Assembly (NCBI GenBank): GCA_046160105.1
Contig: JBJXGT010000036.1
Span: 73,568 to 137,567, forward strand
Direction of reading: 5' to 3'
Length of the DNA: 64,000 nt
Source of the DNA: Gemmatimonadales bacterium
GTDB lineage: Bacteria > Gemmatimonadota > Gemmatimonadetes > Gemmatimonadales > GWC2-71-9
Under the pieces are notes generated by a model that ran no database searches, was not told the origin of the DNA, and worked only from the letters and a program-made list of their open reading frames with translations. Every line of letters starts with the position of its first letter. Position 1 is the stretch's first letter. The position numbers were made by a program, and so were the translations under genes. Positions 53,249 through 62,298 of this stretch are shown here, piece by piece.

Positions 53249-55468
53249 ATGACTCGATCACTTCTCCTCGCCACGCTCTCGCTGCTCCCGTTTCCGCTTC
53301 TGGCTCAGGACTCCACCGCCGTTCGGGTAGCGCGGAGTACCCGGGTGTCCACCGCGCCGCAGATCGACGGACGACTCGACGACGCCGTCTGGCGCGAGGC
53401 GGCGCCGCTCGCCGATTTCGTCCAGCGGGATCCCTCCGAGGGCGCTCCGGCCTCCGAGCGCACCGAGGTCCGGATCCTGACCGATGGCCAGGCGCTCTAT
53501 GTCGGCGCCTGGCTGTTCGACCGAGACGCGAGCGCGATCGTGCCGGGGGAGCGGCTCCGCGACGTGACCCTCAGCAACAGCGACTATTTCGCGGTCATCC
53601 TCGATACCTACCACGATCGGCAGAACGGCTTCGTCTTCGCCACCACGCCCGCCGGCGTCGAGCACGACGGCCAGGTGATCAAGGAAGGCGATGGGGGCGG
53701 GGTGTTCCAGCAGGGCCAGACCCGTGCCCAAGCCGGTTCGGCCGGCGGGTTCAACCTGAACTGGGACGCCAGCTGGACCGTGGCGACCCACGCCGACAGT
53801 CTGGGGTGGTACGCCGAGTTCAGGATTCCCTTCTCGACCATCCGCTATGGCGGCGCCAAGGAGCAGACCTGGGGCCTCAACCTGGCCCGGAGCATCCGGC
53901 GGCGGAACGAGGAGTCGTTCTGGTCCCCGATTCCTCGGCAGTACAACCTGTATCGCCTGTCGCGGGCGGGCACTTTGGTGGGGCTCCAGGTCCCGTCTCA
54001 GCGGATCGCCACGGTCACGCCGTATCTGCTCAGTTCCGCGCAGAAGACCTATTCGCCGTTGACGGTGACCGTTCCGTGGGACTCGACCAAGTATCCCACC
54101 GAGTTCGGCGTCGACGCCAAGCTCGGTCTGACCCCGAGCCTGACCCTCGACCTGACCTACAACACCGACTTTGCCCAGGTCGAAGTGGACGAGCAGCGCA
54201 CCAACCTGACCCGGTTCCCGCTCTTCTTCCCGGAGAAACGGCCCTTCTTCCTCGAGAACGCCGGGGTCTTCTCCGCGGGGACTCCTCAGGCGGTGGATCT
54301 CTTCTTCAGTCGGCGGATCGGCATCGACACGTTAGGCAATCCGGTCCCGATCATCGGCGGCGGCCGGATCACCGGGCGGGTGGGCGGGCTGACCGTGGGC
54401 GGCATTCAGCTGTTCACCGAGCGGGTCGGCGCGATCCAGCCCGCCAACTCCTATTCGGTGGGTCGGGTGGTTCGGGAATGGGGTCGCTCGCGGCTCGGAT
54501 TCCTCGCGGTGCACCGGGTCGCGACCAAGGACGGCGACGATCGGAACACCACGCTCGGGTTGGACGGCCGGATCGCGCTGAGCGACCCGGTGTCCTTCGA
54601 CTGGTGGGCCGCCAAGACGGCCACCCCTGGGATGGACGGGCGGGACGGGGCGTTCAGCGTGCGGCTCGGCCAGCAGACCCGGCGGTGGAACAACTCGATC
54701 CGTTTCACCCAAGTCGGTGAGGATTTCAATCCCGAGGTCGGCTTCCTGAATCGGCGCGGCTACCGGTACTACGACGTCGCGGCGTTCCACACCATGCCGC
54801 TCAACCACAAGGTCCTCCGATATTGGCAGCCGCACGTCAACTATCGAGGCTACTGGGGCTTCGACGGTCGGGTCCAGTCGGAGCAGATCCACATCGATGT
54901 CGGGGAGACGGAGTTCAACAACGGCGGACGGGGCGGCCCCGAGGTGAACGTCTACCGCGAGGGCTTGGAGGTTCCGTTCCGAATCGCCCAGAACGTGACC
55001 CTGCCGGCCGGCGAGTACTCCTGGGCGGCGTTGGCTTTCGACTTCTCGACCAATCCGAGCGCGCCACTCTCGTTGGTCACTCGGGTCGAGGGGGGCAAAT
55101 TCTACGATGGGACCCGCTATGGCGGCACCGCCACCCTGACCTATCGCCAGGGTTCGGCGCTGACGACGTCGTTGCTGGTGGACTACAACACGGTGAAGCT
55201 CAGTCAGGATTTCGTCCGGTCCCTGATCGGTGTCCGGATCGGCTACCTCTTCACCCCCAGGATCTTCATCCAGTCACTGGTGCAGTACAACAACCAGGCC
55301 CGGGTCTTCTCCGCGAACGCCCGATTCGGTTGGCTCAACACCGCCGGGACCGGCCTCTTCGTGGTGCTCAACGACGCGGAGACCGCCCAAGGCGTCTTCG
55401 ACTGGCAGCGCCCGATCTCCCGGTCGTTCGTGATCAAGTTCACCCGCCAATTCGGCACCGGGGGCTGA
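53249..55468 (+). CDS. Secreted DUF5916 / CBM9-like domain protein
   Basis: Track ORF starts at 53012. ATG 53249 gives the signal peptide MTRSLLLATLSLLPFPLLAQ. The N-terminal ..APQIDGRLDDAVWREAAPLADFVQRDP.. CBM9/DOMON-like module is followed by a long beta-rich region. Confidence 0.65.
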   Translation: MTRSLLLATLSLLPFPLLAQDSTAVRVARSTRVSTAPQIDGRLDDAVWREAAPLADFVQRDPSEGAPASERTEVRILTDGQALYVGAWLFDRDASAIVPGERLRDVTLSNSDYFAVILDTYHDRQNGFVFATTPAGVEHDGQVIKEGDGGGVFQQGQTRAQAGSAGGFNLNWDASWTVATHADSLGWYAEFRIPFSTIRYGGAKEQTWGLNLARSIRRRNEESFWSPIPRQYNLYRLSRAGTLVGLQVPSQRIATVTPYLLSSAQKTYSPLTVTVPWDSTKYPTEFGVDAKLGLTPSLTLDLTYNTDFAQVEVDEQRTNLTRFPLFFPEKRPFFLENAGVFSAGTPQAVDLFFSRRIGIDTLGNPVPIIGGGRITGRVGGLTVGGIQLFTERVGAIQPANSYSVGRVVREWGRSRLGFLAVHRVATKDGDDRNTTLGLDGRIALSDPVSFDWWAAKTATPGMDGRDGAFSVRLGQQTRRWNNSIRFTQVGEDFNPEVGFLNRRGYRYYDVAAFHTMPLNHKVLRYWQPHVNYRGYWGFDGRVQSEQIHIDVGETEFNNGGRGGPEVNVYREGLEVPFRIAQNVTLPAGEYSWAALAFDFSTNPSAPLSLVTRVEGGKFYDGTRYGGTATLTYRQGSALTTSLLVDYNTVKLSQDFVRSLIGVRIGYLFTPRIFIQSLVQYNNQARVFSANARFGWLNTAGTGLFVVLNDAETAQGVFDWQRPISRSFVIKFTRQFGTGG

Positions 55469-55677
55469 CGGCTGGCGTCACGCCCTGTCGCCGCTCGCCG
55501 GCCGTTCCCAGCTCGACGGTGACGTCGTCGCCGAACCGGCCTACCTCCTGAACCCGTTCGAGCCGGCCGTGCGAGGGTTGCCGTCGCGTCGAACGCCAGA
55601 TCCGCCTTGGTCAGGCTGACCGGCGCCGAGAAGGAGGCGGCGCCGGCCGGACGCTTGAGCTTCAAACGAAACAATGC

Positions 55678-55800
55678 TACTTCTGGGGAACTCACCTGGG
55701 CGCCGAGTTTGACCTGCTGATCGCCGATCGCTCTCGAGGGGCCGGCGTCGAATTCAAGCGGACGGTGGTGCCAAGCGTCACCCCGTCGATGCGGATCGCC
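55678..55800 (+). pseudogene. C-terminal remnant of a DUF4143-type AAA+ ATPase (COG1373-like)
   Basis: My translation YFWGTHLGAEFDLLIADRSRGAGVEFKRTVVPSVTPSMRIA resembles the conserved C-terminus (FWRTxxGAExDLL....G.EFK.....T.SM.IA) of that family. No matching N-terminal ~350 aa occurs upstream in any frame. Confidence 0.45.
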
Positions 55801-55833
55801 GGAAGATCGCTGAGCCCAGCCGTCGGAGGGCCG

Positions 55834-56643
55834 ATGACCTGGAACACCTTGAGCTACCACCGTGACGGACCCATCGGCCGGGTTTGGCTCAACCGGCCCG
55901 AACGTCGCAACGCCCTCAATCAACAACTCCTGGAGGAGTTGGCCGAGGTGTTCGGCCAGCTTGCTCGCGCCTTCGATGTCAGGGTCGTGATCCTCGGCGG
56001 CCGAGGGCCGAGCTTCTGCGCCGGCGCCGACCTCAAGGATCCGCCCGGCGTCGCCCAGATGGGAGATCCCAACCTCACGATCAGGGAACGTCTCTGGATC
56101 TCCGACCTCGGCACCCGCGCCATCGAAGCGATCGAGCGAGCCGACGCCATCACCATCGCCCGGGTGCAGGGCCACGCGATCGGCGGTGGGGCGCTGCTCG
56201 CCCTGGCGTGCGATCTCCGAATCGCCGCCGAAGGAACCCTGTTCGGGATTCCCGAGGTGGGGCTCGGCGACGTCCTCGGCTGGAAGGGGATCCCTCGCCT
56301 GATCGCGGACGTGGGCATCGCCCGTGCTCGCGAGCTGGTCCTGCTTGGCCACCGGATCGACGCCCTGACCGCGGAACGCTACGGTCTGGTCAACCGGGTG
56401 GTGGCGGCTGACGCGCTCGACCAGGCGGTCGAGGACTGGGCCCGCCGAATCAGCAGCCAGCCGGAAACCGCGCTCAGCCTCACGAAGGGCCAGTTCCGGT
56501 CCTACGCCGCCCTGGAATCCCAGGGCAGCAGTCGAGAGATCGAGGCGGTGCTCGAGCTGGAAGCGATGCGCGACGAGGCGACCCGGGCGCGGTTCTCCAG
56601 CGGCCCGCCGGTCCACCCCTCCCCCGGCCCCAAGGGCCCATGA
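55834..56643 (+). CDS. Enoyl-CoA hydratase/isomerase (crotonase) family protein
   Basis: Track ORF starts at GTG 55765. ATG 55834 has GGAGGG 6 nt upstream. Motifs LNRPERRNAL, FCAGADLK and GHAIGGGALLALACDLRIA. Confidence 0.85.
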   Translation: MTWNTLSYHRDGPIGRVWLNRPERRNALNQQLLEELAEVFGQLARAFDVRVVILGGRGPSFCAGADLKDPPGVAQMGDPNLTIRERLWISDLGTRAIEAIERADAITIARVQGHAIGGGALLALACDLRIAAEGTLFGIPEVGLGDVLGWKGIPRLIADVGIARARELVLLGHRIDALTAERYGLVNRVVAADALDQAVEDWARRISSQPETALSLTKGQFRSYAALESQGSSREIEAVLELEAMRDEATRARFSSGPPVHPSPGPKGP

Positions 56644-57425
56644 CGACTCCGCTTCGGATCACCCAGCGCGACCACGTCCTCGAGGTCGTCCTCGACCGAC
56701 CCAAGGCCAACGCGATCGACCGTGCCACCAGCGTCGTCCTGGGCGAGGCCTTCGTGCGGTTCCGCGACGATCCCGATCTCCGGGTGGCGATCGTCACCGG
56801 GGTCGGCGATCGGTTCTTTTCGGCCGGCTGGGATCTGAAAGCCGGCGCCGCGGGCGAGCACGAGCGGATGGATTTCGGGCCCGGCGGCTTCGCGGGGTTG
56901 ACCGAGCTGTGGAATCTCGACAAGCCGGTCATCGCCGCGGTCAACGGGCTCGCCTTCGGTGGCGGCTTCGAGCTGGTGCTGGCCTGCGACCTGGTGGTGG
57001 CGGCCGAGCAGGTCGAGTTCGCCCTTCCCGAAGGGAAGATCGGCAACGTGGCCGACGCCGGCGGGGTGCAGCGGTTGCCCCGGCGGCTGCCATACAGCAT
57101 TGCCATGGAGCTCCTCCTCACCGGACGGCGGATGGGAGCCCGCGAAGCGGCCCACTATGGTCTCGTCAACGCGGTCGTCCCGACCGGCCAGGCCTTGGCG
57201 AAAGCCTGGGAGTTGGCGACCGCGATCGCCGAAGCCGCACCGCTGTCGGTCCAAAGCACGAAACAGATCGTTGGTGGCACCTTGGCCCTGAGCGTCGAAG
57301 AGGCCTTCGCGGCGGTCAAGGCTCGCCGGTTTCCGGTGTACGAGCGGATGTTGCGCTCGGAGGATCGCCACGAGGGTCTGATCGCCTTCACCGAGAAGCG
57401 AGCGCCCCGGTTCGAGGGGCGCTGA
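56640..57425 (+). CDS. Enoyl-CoA hydratase / carnitinyl-CoA dehydratase-like crotonase
   Basis: 261 aa with an ATGA overlap onto the upstream gene. Motifs LDRPKANAID, FFSAGWDLK, NGLAFGGGFELVLACDLVVA and EGLIAFTEKRAP. Confidence 0.85.
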   Translation: MTTPLRITQRDHVLEVVLDRPKANAIDRATSVVLGEAFVRFRDDPDLRVAIVTGVGDRFFSAGWDLKAGAAGEHERMDFGPGGFAGLTELWNLDKPVIAAVNGLAFGGGFELVLACDLVVAAEQVEFALPEGKIGNVADAGGVQRLPRRLPYSIAMELLLTGRRMGAREAAHYGLVNAVVPTGQALAKAWELATAIAEAAPLSVQSTKQIVGGTLALSVEEAFAAVKARRFPVYERMLRSEDRHEGLIAFTEKRAPRFEGR

Positions 57426-57437
57426 GGACGAAGGTTC

Positions 57438-58892
57438 ATGCCCCTGTCGTTGATCGCGTTCCTCGCGTCGGCTCAGCTGACTCCCGCCCCCACGCAGCGG
57501 CCCAACATCATCGTCCTCTTGGTGGACAACGTCCGGGCCGATGAATTCGGGATCACCGGTCACCCCTACCTGAAGACGCCTAACGTCGACCGACTGGCCC
57601 GCGAAGGGGCGATCTTCCGATCCTACTACGTCACCACCCCGCTCTGCTCGCCCAGCCGAGCCAGCATCCTGACCGGGCAGTACGTCTCCCGCCACGGGAT
57701 CATCGACAACTCCAATCGGAGTCGCGCCAGCCACGATCTCCACACCTTCGCCCAGGACCTCCAGCGGCTCGGCTACGAGACCGGCTACCTCGGCAAGTGG
57801 CACATGGGCAACGACCCGACGCCCCGGCCGGGGTGGAACTACTGGGTCAGCTACCGAGGGCAAGGATTGTCGGCCAACCCCGAGCTGTTCGAGGACGGCA
57901 AGACTCACCAGGTCGAGGGGCACGTCACCGACATCATGTACGACCGGGCGATCCGGTTCGTGCGCCGGCCCCGGGGAGGAAAGCCGTTCCTGCTCTATGT
58001 CGCCCACAAGGCGGTCCACCCGGACGTCCGGCAGCTGGACGACGGCTCGCCCGACTTCAGCACCGGCGGCGGGAAGCACGTTCCGGCGGAACGACATCGC
58101 GGTCGGTTCCAGACCGAAGTCTGGCCGGCGGCGCCGAACTGGCTTGCGCCCGGTACCCTCCCCGAGGGGAAGCCGATGCTCCGTCGAATCCTGGAGCGGC
58201 GGGCGCTCCCCGACTTCGAGCCCAAGTACGGCGAGTTCATGCGATACACCTACGGCCAGGACTACATCCGGAGCCGGGCCGAGGTGTTGCTATCGATCGA
58301 CGAGGGGCTGGCCGAGCTGCGGAAGGCGCTGGAGGAGCAGGGGATTCTCGACCAGACGATGATCGTCTTCACCAGCGACAACGGCGAGTTCTTCGGAGCC
58401 CACGGCCTCACCACCGAGATTCGCCTCCCCTACGAGGATGCCCTCAAGGTGCCGCTGTTCATTCGGTATCCGCCGCTGGTCAAGCCGGGCACCACGATCG
58501 GCGCCCACGCGCTCAACATCGACCTCGCCCCCACCTTGATCGAGGTGGCCGGCGGCAGGCCCCGACCCGAGATCCAGGGACGGTCGTTGCTGCCGTTGCT
58601 CCGAGGGCCGGTTCGCGCCTGGCGGCGTTCGGTCATGTACGAGCTGACCGGTGAGGAGCAAACCTTCCCCTGGCTGGTCGCCGCCAGCTACCGGGCGGTA
58701 CGGATGGGGCGGTACAAGTACATCCATTGGATCAGCCAGGATCGGACGGACGAGCTCTACGATCTGGAGCGCGACCCGTTCGAGATGGCGAACCTGATGG
58801 ATCGGCCTGGAATGCAGCCGACCGTCGTGACGTTGCGGCGGGAGCTGGCCCGACTGGTGACCGAGTCCATGGGGCTCGGGGTGGATCGATGA
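57438..58892 (+). CDS. Formylglycine-dependent sulfatase (arylsulfatase family)
   Basis: 484 aa. PNIIVLLVDNVR.., TPNVDRLAREG and PLCSPSRASILTG (CxPxR FGly motif), with SDNGEFFGAHG later. Confidence 0.9.
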   Translation: MPLSLIAFLASAQLTPAPTQRPNIIVLLVDNVRADEFGITGHPYLKTPNVDRLAREGAIFRSYYVTTPLCSPSRASILTGQYVSRHGIIDNSNRSRASHDLHTFAQDLQRLGYETGYLGKWHMGNDPTPRPGWNYWVSYRGQGLSANPELFEDGKTHQVEGHVTDIMYDRAIRFVRRPRGGKPFLLYVAHKAVHPDVRQLDDGSPDFSTGGGKHVPAERHRGRFQTEVWPAAPNWLAPGTLPEGKPMLRRILERRALPDFEPKYGEFMRYTYGQDYIRSRAEVLLSIDEGLAELRKALEEQGILDQTMIVFTSDNGEFFGAHGLTTEIRLPYEDALKVPLFIRYPPLVKPGTTIGAHALNIDLAPTLIEVAGGRPRPEIQGRSLLPLLRGPVRAWRRSVMYELTGEEQTFPWLVAASYRAVRMGRYKYIHWISQDRTDELYDLERDPFEMANLMDRPGMQPTVVTLRRELARLVTESMGLGVDR

Positions 58893-60772
58893 CGCGGCAC
58901 ATCCGTACCCTCGTCATCGGCGGATTGCTCGCCGCGCCACTGAGTCTCGAGGGCCAGGGTCCACGACCCGGCGGCCCGATCCCACCCCCGCCACCCAAGT
59001 ATCAGGTCCGCGTCGACCGAGCCGTGATGGTGCCGATGCGGGACGGTGTCCGCCTCTCGACCGATCTCTACTTCCCGATCGGCATCGATGGCAAGCTCCC
59101 GGTCGTCCTGATGCGAACCCCCTACAACAAGAAGCTCCTCTACAACAGACAGTGGGGCGATGCCGCCTACGTCTTCGCCGGCCAGGGCTACGCCGTGGCG
59201 GTTCAGGACGTCCGCGGTCGCTACGAGTCGGAAGGGACCTACTTCTTCTCGGGCCAGGAGCCCCAGGACGGCTACGACGCCACCGATTGGGTTTCGAAAC
59301 AGCCCTGGTCGACCGGCAAGGTCGGGACCTACGGCTGCTCGTATCTCGGCGAGGTCCAATACCAGCAAGCCAGACTCCGCCATCCCAATCTGACGGCGAT
59401 GATCCCCCAGGGCGCCGGGCCGACCAAGTACCGATACTTCGGGGTGACCAGCGGTGGGGTGCTCGAGCTGGCGGTCACCTCGGGGTGGTTCTACACCCAG
59501 GGGACCAAGGTGTTCTATCGGCCGCCCCCGGGCCTTTCCCGGGAGCACTTCCTCGAGACGCTCGATCTCTTCAATCCGGCCCCGACCCTCCCGACGATCG
59601 ACCTCAACGCCCTCTGGAAGACGCTGCCTGTCGTCGACATCCTCAAGAAGGCCAAGGCGCCACCGACCGAGTACGAGGCCGTCGCCTCTCACGGCCCCGG
59701 CGACCCCTGGTGGGACAGCCTGGGATACGTTCGCGACGACGATCGGTTCGATGTCCCCGCCCTCCACATCAATTCCTGGTACGACATGGGGGTCGCCGAG
59801 ACCCTCGAGCTGTTCAACTTGCTCGCCACCAACGCCGAAACCGCCCGGGGCAGGGACAACCAGTATGCGGTGATCTCGCCGACCACCCATTGTGTCTCGG
59901 AACGGATGACCGAGCGCACCGTGGTCGGCGAACGCGACTTGGGCGATGCCAGGTTCGACTACTGGAATCTCTATCTCCAATGGTTCGATCACTGGCTCAA
60001 GGGCGCCGACAACGGGGTCACCGCGCGACCCAAGCTCCAGCTCTACGCGATGGGCCGGAACCAGTGGCGGGGCGAAGCCGCCTGGCCCCTCGCCCGGGCG
60101 GTGCCGACCGACTACTACCTCCATAGCGGTGGACGCGCCAACAGTCGCTGGGGAGACGGGGTCCTTTCGCTACAGCTGCCGAAAAACGAGCCACCCGACT
60201 CGTTCGTCTACGATCCGGCGCAGCCGGTGCCGACCAGCGGAGGGGCGCTCTGCGCCGCCTGCGCCGCCGGCCAGACCCGAGAGGGCGGCATCGATCAGTC
60301 CGACATCGAGACCCGCCACGACGTCCTGGTCTACACCACGGCGCCGCTCGAGCGAGGGGTCGAGGTAACCGGGCCCATCGAGGCGACCCTCTACCTGTCG
60401 TCCTCCGCTCGGGACACCGACCTGACGGCCAAGCTGGTCGACGTCCATCCCGACGGCCGAGCCTTCAACGTTCAGGAGGGAATCCTCAGGGTCCGCTATC
60501 GGAACAGCTTCGAGCGGCCGGAGCTGATGACCCCGGGCGCCGTATATGAAGTGAAGATCGACCTCCACGCCACCAGCAACCACTTCGGTCCTGGCCACCG
60601 AATCCGCCTCGAGGTGTCGAGCAGCAACTTCCCCCGGTTCGAGCGGAACCTGAACACCGGGGGCCGCAACTACGACGAGACCGCTTGGGTCGTCGCGAAG
60701 AACCAGATCCACCATTCCCCGCGCTACCGATCGCGGGTTCGTCTCCCGATCGTCCCGTCCGTCGTCCCATGA
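58889..60772 (+). CDS. CocE/NonD family hydrolase (S15-like), secreted
   Basis: Track ORF starts at 58727. ATG 58889 forms an ATGA overlap with the sulfatase stop and gives the signal peptide MTRHIRTLVIGGLLAAPLSLEGQ. It has the GCSYLG nucleophile motif and is a paralog of 800..2704. Confidence 0.85.
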   Translation: MTRHIRTLVIGGLLAAPLSLEGQGPRPGGPIPPPPPKYQVRVDRAVMVPMRDGVRLSTDLYFPIGIDGKLPVVLMRTPYNKKLLYNRQWGDAAYVFAGQGYAVAVQDVRGRYESEGTYFFSGQEPQDGYDATDWVSKQPWSTGKVGTYGCSYLGEVQYQQARLRHPNLTAMIPQGAGPTKYRYFGVTSGGVLELAVTSGWFYTQGTKVFYRPPPGLSREHFLETLDLFNPAPTLPTIDLNALWKTLPVVDILKKAKAPPTEYEAVASHGPGDPWWDSLGYVRDDDRFDVPALHINSWYDMGVAETLELFNLLATNAETARGRDNQYAVISPTTHCVSERMTERTVVGERDLGDARFDYWNLYLQWFDHWLKGADNGVTARPKLQLYAMGRNQWRGEAAWPLARAVPTDYYLHSGGRANSRWGDGVLSLQLPKNEPPDSFVYDPAQPVPTSGGALCAACAAGQTREGGIDQSDIETRHDVLVYTTAPLERGVEVTGPIEATLYLSSSARDTDLTAKLVDVHPDGRAFNVQEGILRVRYRNSFERPELMTPGAVYEVKIDLHATSNHFGPGHRIRLEVSSSNFPRFERNLNTGGRNYDETAWVVAKNQIHHSPRYRSRVRLPIVPSVVP

Positions 60773-62289
60773 GCGGGTCGGTGCCCAACCTTGGCCAGAT
60801 CCTGAACCACCGGGCTCGCCGCCACCCCGACCGTCTCGCGCTGGTCGAGGCGACCCGGGGCAAGCGGTTCTCATATCGCGAGCTCGAGCAGCGCGCCAAT
60901 CGGATCGCCGGCGGCCTGGCTCGGCTTGGCGTCCGAGCGGGAGACCGAGTAGCCCTGCTGATGCTCAACGGGGTCGAGTTCGTCGAGAGCTACTTCGCGC
61001 TCGCGAAGCTGGGGGCGGTGCTGGTGCCGCTCAATTTCCGGCTCGCCCCCGCCGAGCTGGACTTCATCCTCCGCGACGCCGGGGTGGAGACCCTGCTCTA
61101 CGACCGGGAGTACGAGGAGACGGTGACCGCGCTCCGCGACGGCGGTTTGGAGCCGCAACGTCTGATCGCAGTCGGTGATCGGTACGCCCAGCTGCGCGAG
61201 TCGGGAAGGGAGACCGAGCCCGCGGCTGGCGTCGCCGGCGACGACCCGCTCTTGATCATGTACACCTCAGGCACCACCGGCCGGCCGAAGGGTGCCGTTC
61301 ACACCCACGCCTCCTTCTCGGCGGCCTCGACCGCCGTCAACCTCACCTGCGACATTCGCGACGGCGACCGCGAGCTGGTCGTTCTCCCACTCTTCCACAT
61401 CGGGGCACTCCTCCCGCTGACCTGGGTGCTTCACCACGGCGGCACCGGGGTGGTCCTCCGGAGCTTCGATGCCGACCTGGCGATTCGAGTGCTGGAGTCG
61501 GAACGGATCACGACCGGCCTGGTGGTCCCGACGATCTTCGAGATGCTGCTCGACCATCCCAGGTTCGAATCGATCGATCATTCGAGCCTCCGCTCGCTGG
61601 TGGTCGGTGGCGCGCCGGTGCCACCGCCACTGGCTCGCCGATCGAAGGAAGCCGGGATCACGGCACTCCAGGATTATGGGTCCACCGAGGCGGCCGTCGT
61701 CACCATCGCGAGTGAGGACGAGTTCCTCACCAAGCCGATGAGCGCGGGCCGGCCGCTGATCCACACCGAGGTCCGGATCGTGGACGACGACGGTCAGTCG
61801 CTTCCCGCGGGAGAGGTGGGCGAGATCGTGGTGCGGGGCAACCACCTCATGGCCGGGTACTGGGGCCGCCCTGAAGCGACGGCGAACGCCTTCCGCGACG
61901 GCTGGTTCCACACCGGCGACCTCGGCTCACTCGATGGTGAGGGCTGCCTCTTCGTCCGCGATCGGAAGAACGACCTGATCATCTCCGGCGGCGAGAACAT
62001 CTATCCGGCGGAAGTCGAACGGGTGCTGGCCGAGTGGCCCCGGGTTCGGGAGGCCGCCGTCATCGGCCAGCCATCGGCCAAGTGGGGTGAGTCGCCAGTG
62101 GCCGTCGTCGTGCCTCAGCCGGGACCCCCGATCACGGCGGACGAGTTGGTCGACTACTGTCGCGGACGACTGGCGGGGTACAAGATCCCCCGCCAGGTGG
62201 TGGTGGTCGACACCCTCCCCCGGACCCCAACGGGTAAGGTCCAAAAACACCTGCTCCGGCTCCGGTTCCCCGGCCCGGCGCCGCACTGA
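60769..62289 (+). CDS. AMP-dependent acyl-CoA synthetase/ligase
   Basis: Track ORF starts at 60685. ATG 60769 forms an ATGA overlap. Motifs MYTSGTTGRPKG (AMP-binding), GDLG..D, and IPRTPTGKVQK at the C-terminus. Confidence 0.9.
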   Translation: MSGSVPNLGQILNHRARRHPDRLALVEATRGKRFSYRELEQRANRIAGGLARLGVRAGDRVALLMLNGVEFVESYFALAKLGAVLVPLNFRLAPAELDFILRDAGVETLLYDREYEETVTALRDGGLEPQRLIAVGDRYAQLRESGRETEPAAGVAGDDPLLIMYTSGTTGRPKGAVHTHASFSAASTAVNLTCDIRDGDRELVVLPLFHIGALLPLTWVLHHGGTGVVLRSFDADLAIRVLESERITTGLVVPTIFEMLLDHPRFESIDHSSLRSLVVGGAPVPPPLARRSKEAGITALQDYGSTEAAVVTIASEDEFLTKPMSAGRPLIHTEVRIVDDDGQSLPAGEVGEIVVRGNHLMAGYWGRPEATANAFRDGWFHTGDLGSLDGEGCLFVRDRKNDLIISGGENIYPAEVERVLAEWPRVREAAVIGQPSAKWGESPVAVVVPQPGPPITADELVDYCRGRLAGYKIPRQVVVVDTLPRTPTGKVQKHLLRLRFPGPAPH

Positions 62290-62298
62290 GGCCCTCCG

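Noticed and set aside
1394-54334. bldA-like developmental regulation through rare TTA codons (as in Streptomyces), or TTAGGC as a telomere-like repeat
   Set aside because: The TTA codons sit in ordinary hydrolase and transporter genes rather than regulators. They are context-specific (G-TTA-GG) and never tandemly repeated. A DNA-word or mutational explanation fits better.
55243-56616. 457-aa minus-strand ORF spanning the end of the DUF5916-like gene, the spacer and the first crotonase
   Set aside because: It crosses two well-supported + strand genes and shows no recognisable domain, only low-complexity R/G/P/A-rich sequence.
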